Sequence record: SRR22947727_1461
Direction: 5' to 3' (one strand)
DNA length: 27,512 bases
The notes beneath the pieces are model-generated. The model was not told where the DNA came from. It made no database searches and was given only the letters and a program-made list of their open reading frames with translations. Shown piece by piece: positions 27,405-27,512 of the stretch (its first letter is position 1; every line of letters starts with the position of its first letter). A program made the translations under genes and the position numbers.

Positions 27405-27512
27405 ATGAGATTTTTTTTAATAATATTTGCCGTATGTTTTTATTCAAACGTAGGTTGGAGTAATAATTTAGAAACTTGTCTCAGCGGCAAATACCCCAGT
27501 TTATGTAAGAAG
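27405..27512 (+). CDS. Secreted Cys-motif hypothetical protein, N-terminus only (runs off the right edge)
   Basis: Manual translation MRFFLIIFAVCFYSNVGWSNNLETCLSGKYPSLCKK...: signal-peptide-like start, open to the window end. Confidence 0.65.
   Translation, partial: MRFFLIIFAVCFYSNVGWSNNLETCLSGKYPSLCKK

Larger units (their letters stand above)
26981..27512 (+). mobile_element. Probable left end of a genomic island or integrative element inserted at the glmS 3' end
   Basis: Housekeeping synteny stops at the glmS stop; a recombinase-related ORF and an accessory secreted protein follow; the other end is not visible. Confidence 0.55.

Noticed and set aside
27314-27408. Short hydrophobic frames (MFDYLITTFFIFSLYWFFYL at 27314-27376; a 28-codon frame after the TGA at 27321) as a toxin peptide or read-through extension
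   Set aside because: T-rich DNA gives hydrophobic translations by default; no RBS or antisense partner seen
1-27512. tRNA, rRNA or CRISPR arrays
   Set aside because: Intergenic gaps are short, and I saw no cloverleaf, rRNA-like sequence or repeat-spacer periodicity by eye

Overview
AT-rich, very compact chromosomal region of an alphaproteobacterium. Gene order and content resemble Caulobacterales/Hyphomonadales-type marine lineages (inference, not a database result). About 27 kb is housekeeping: heparinase-like (partial)-rpe-rsmB, DUF1674, lysC, ubiG, DUF1178-nitrilase-grxC, an NDUFAF5/BioC-like methyltransferase-fold protein, mutT-argJ-PPIase, secA, a TorF-type porin, accA, xerD with two upstream envelope-protein genes, aroK-aroB-corC-like-amidohydrolase, a sterol desaturase-family gene, ugd and glmS. 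The most unusual part is the last 550 bp. Two bases after the glmS stop codon (the attTn7 hotspot) there is a stand-alone serine-recombinase DNA-binding (Recombinase-type) domain ORF with no catalytic domain, followed by the start of a secreted Cys-motif protein. This suggests the left end of a non-Tn7, glmS-targeting integrative element. Other points: aroK appears to need a non-canonical ATT start, lysC carries an internal RBS+ATG for a beta subunit, a 46-aa membrane protein is missing from the ORF track, comF is absent from its usual position, and NtrC-like palindromes precede the porin.
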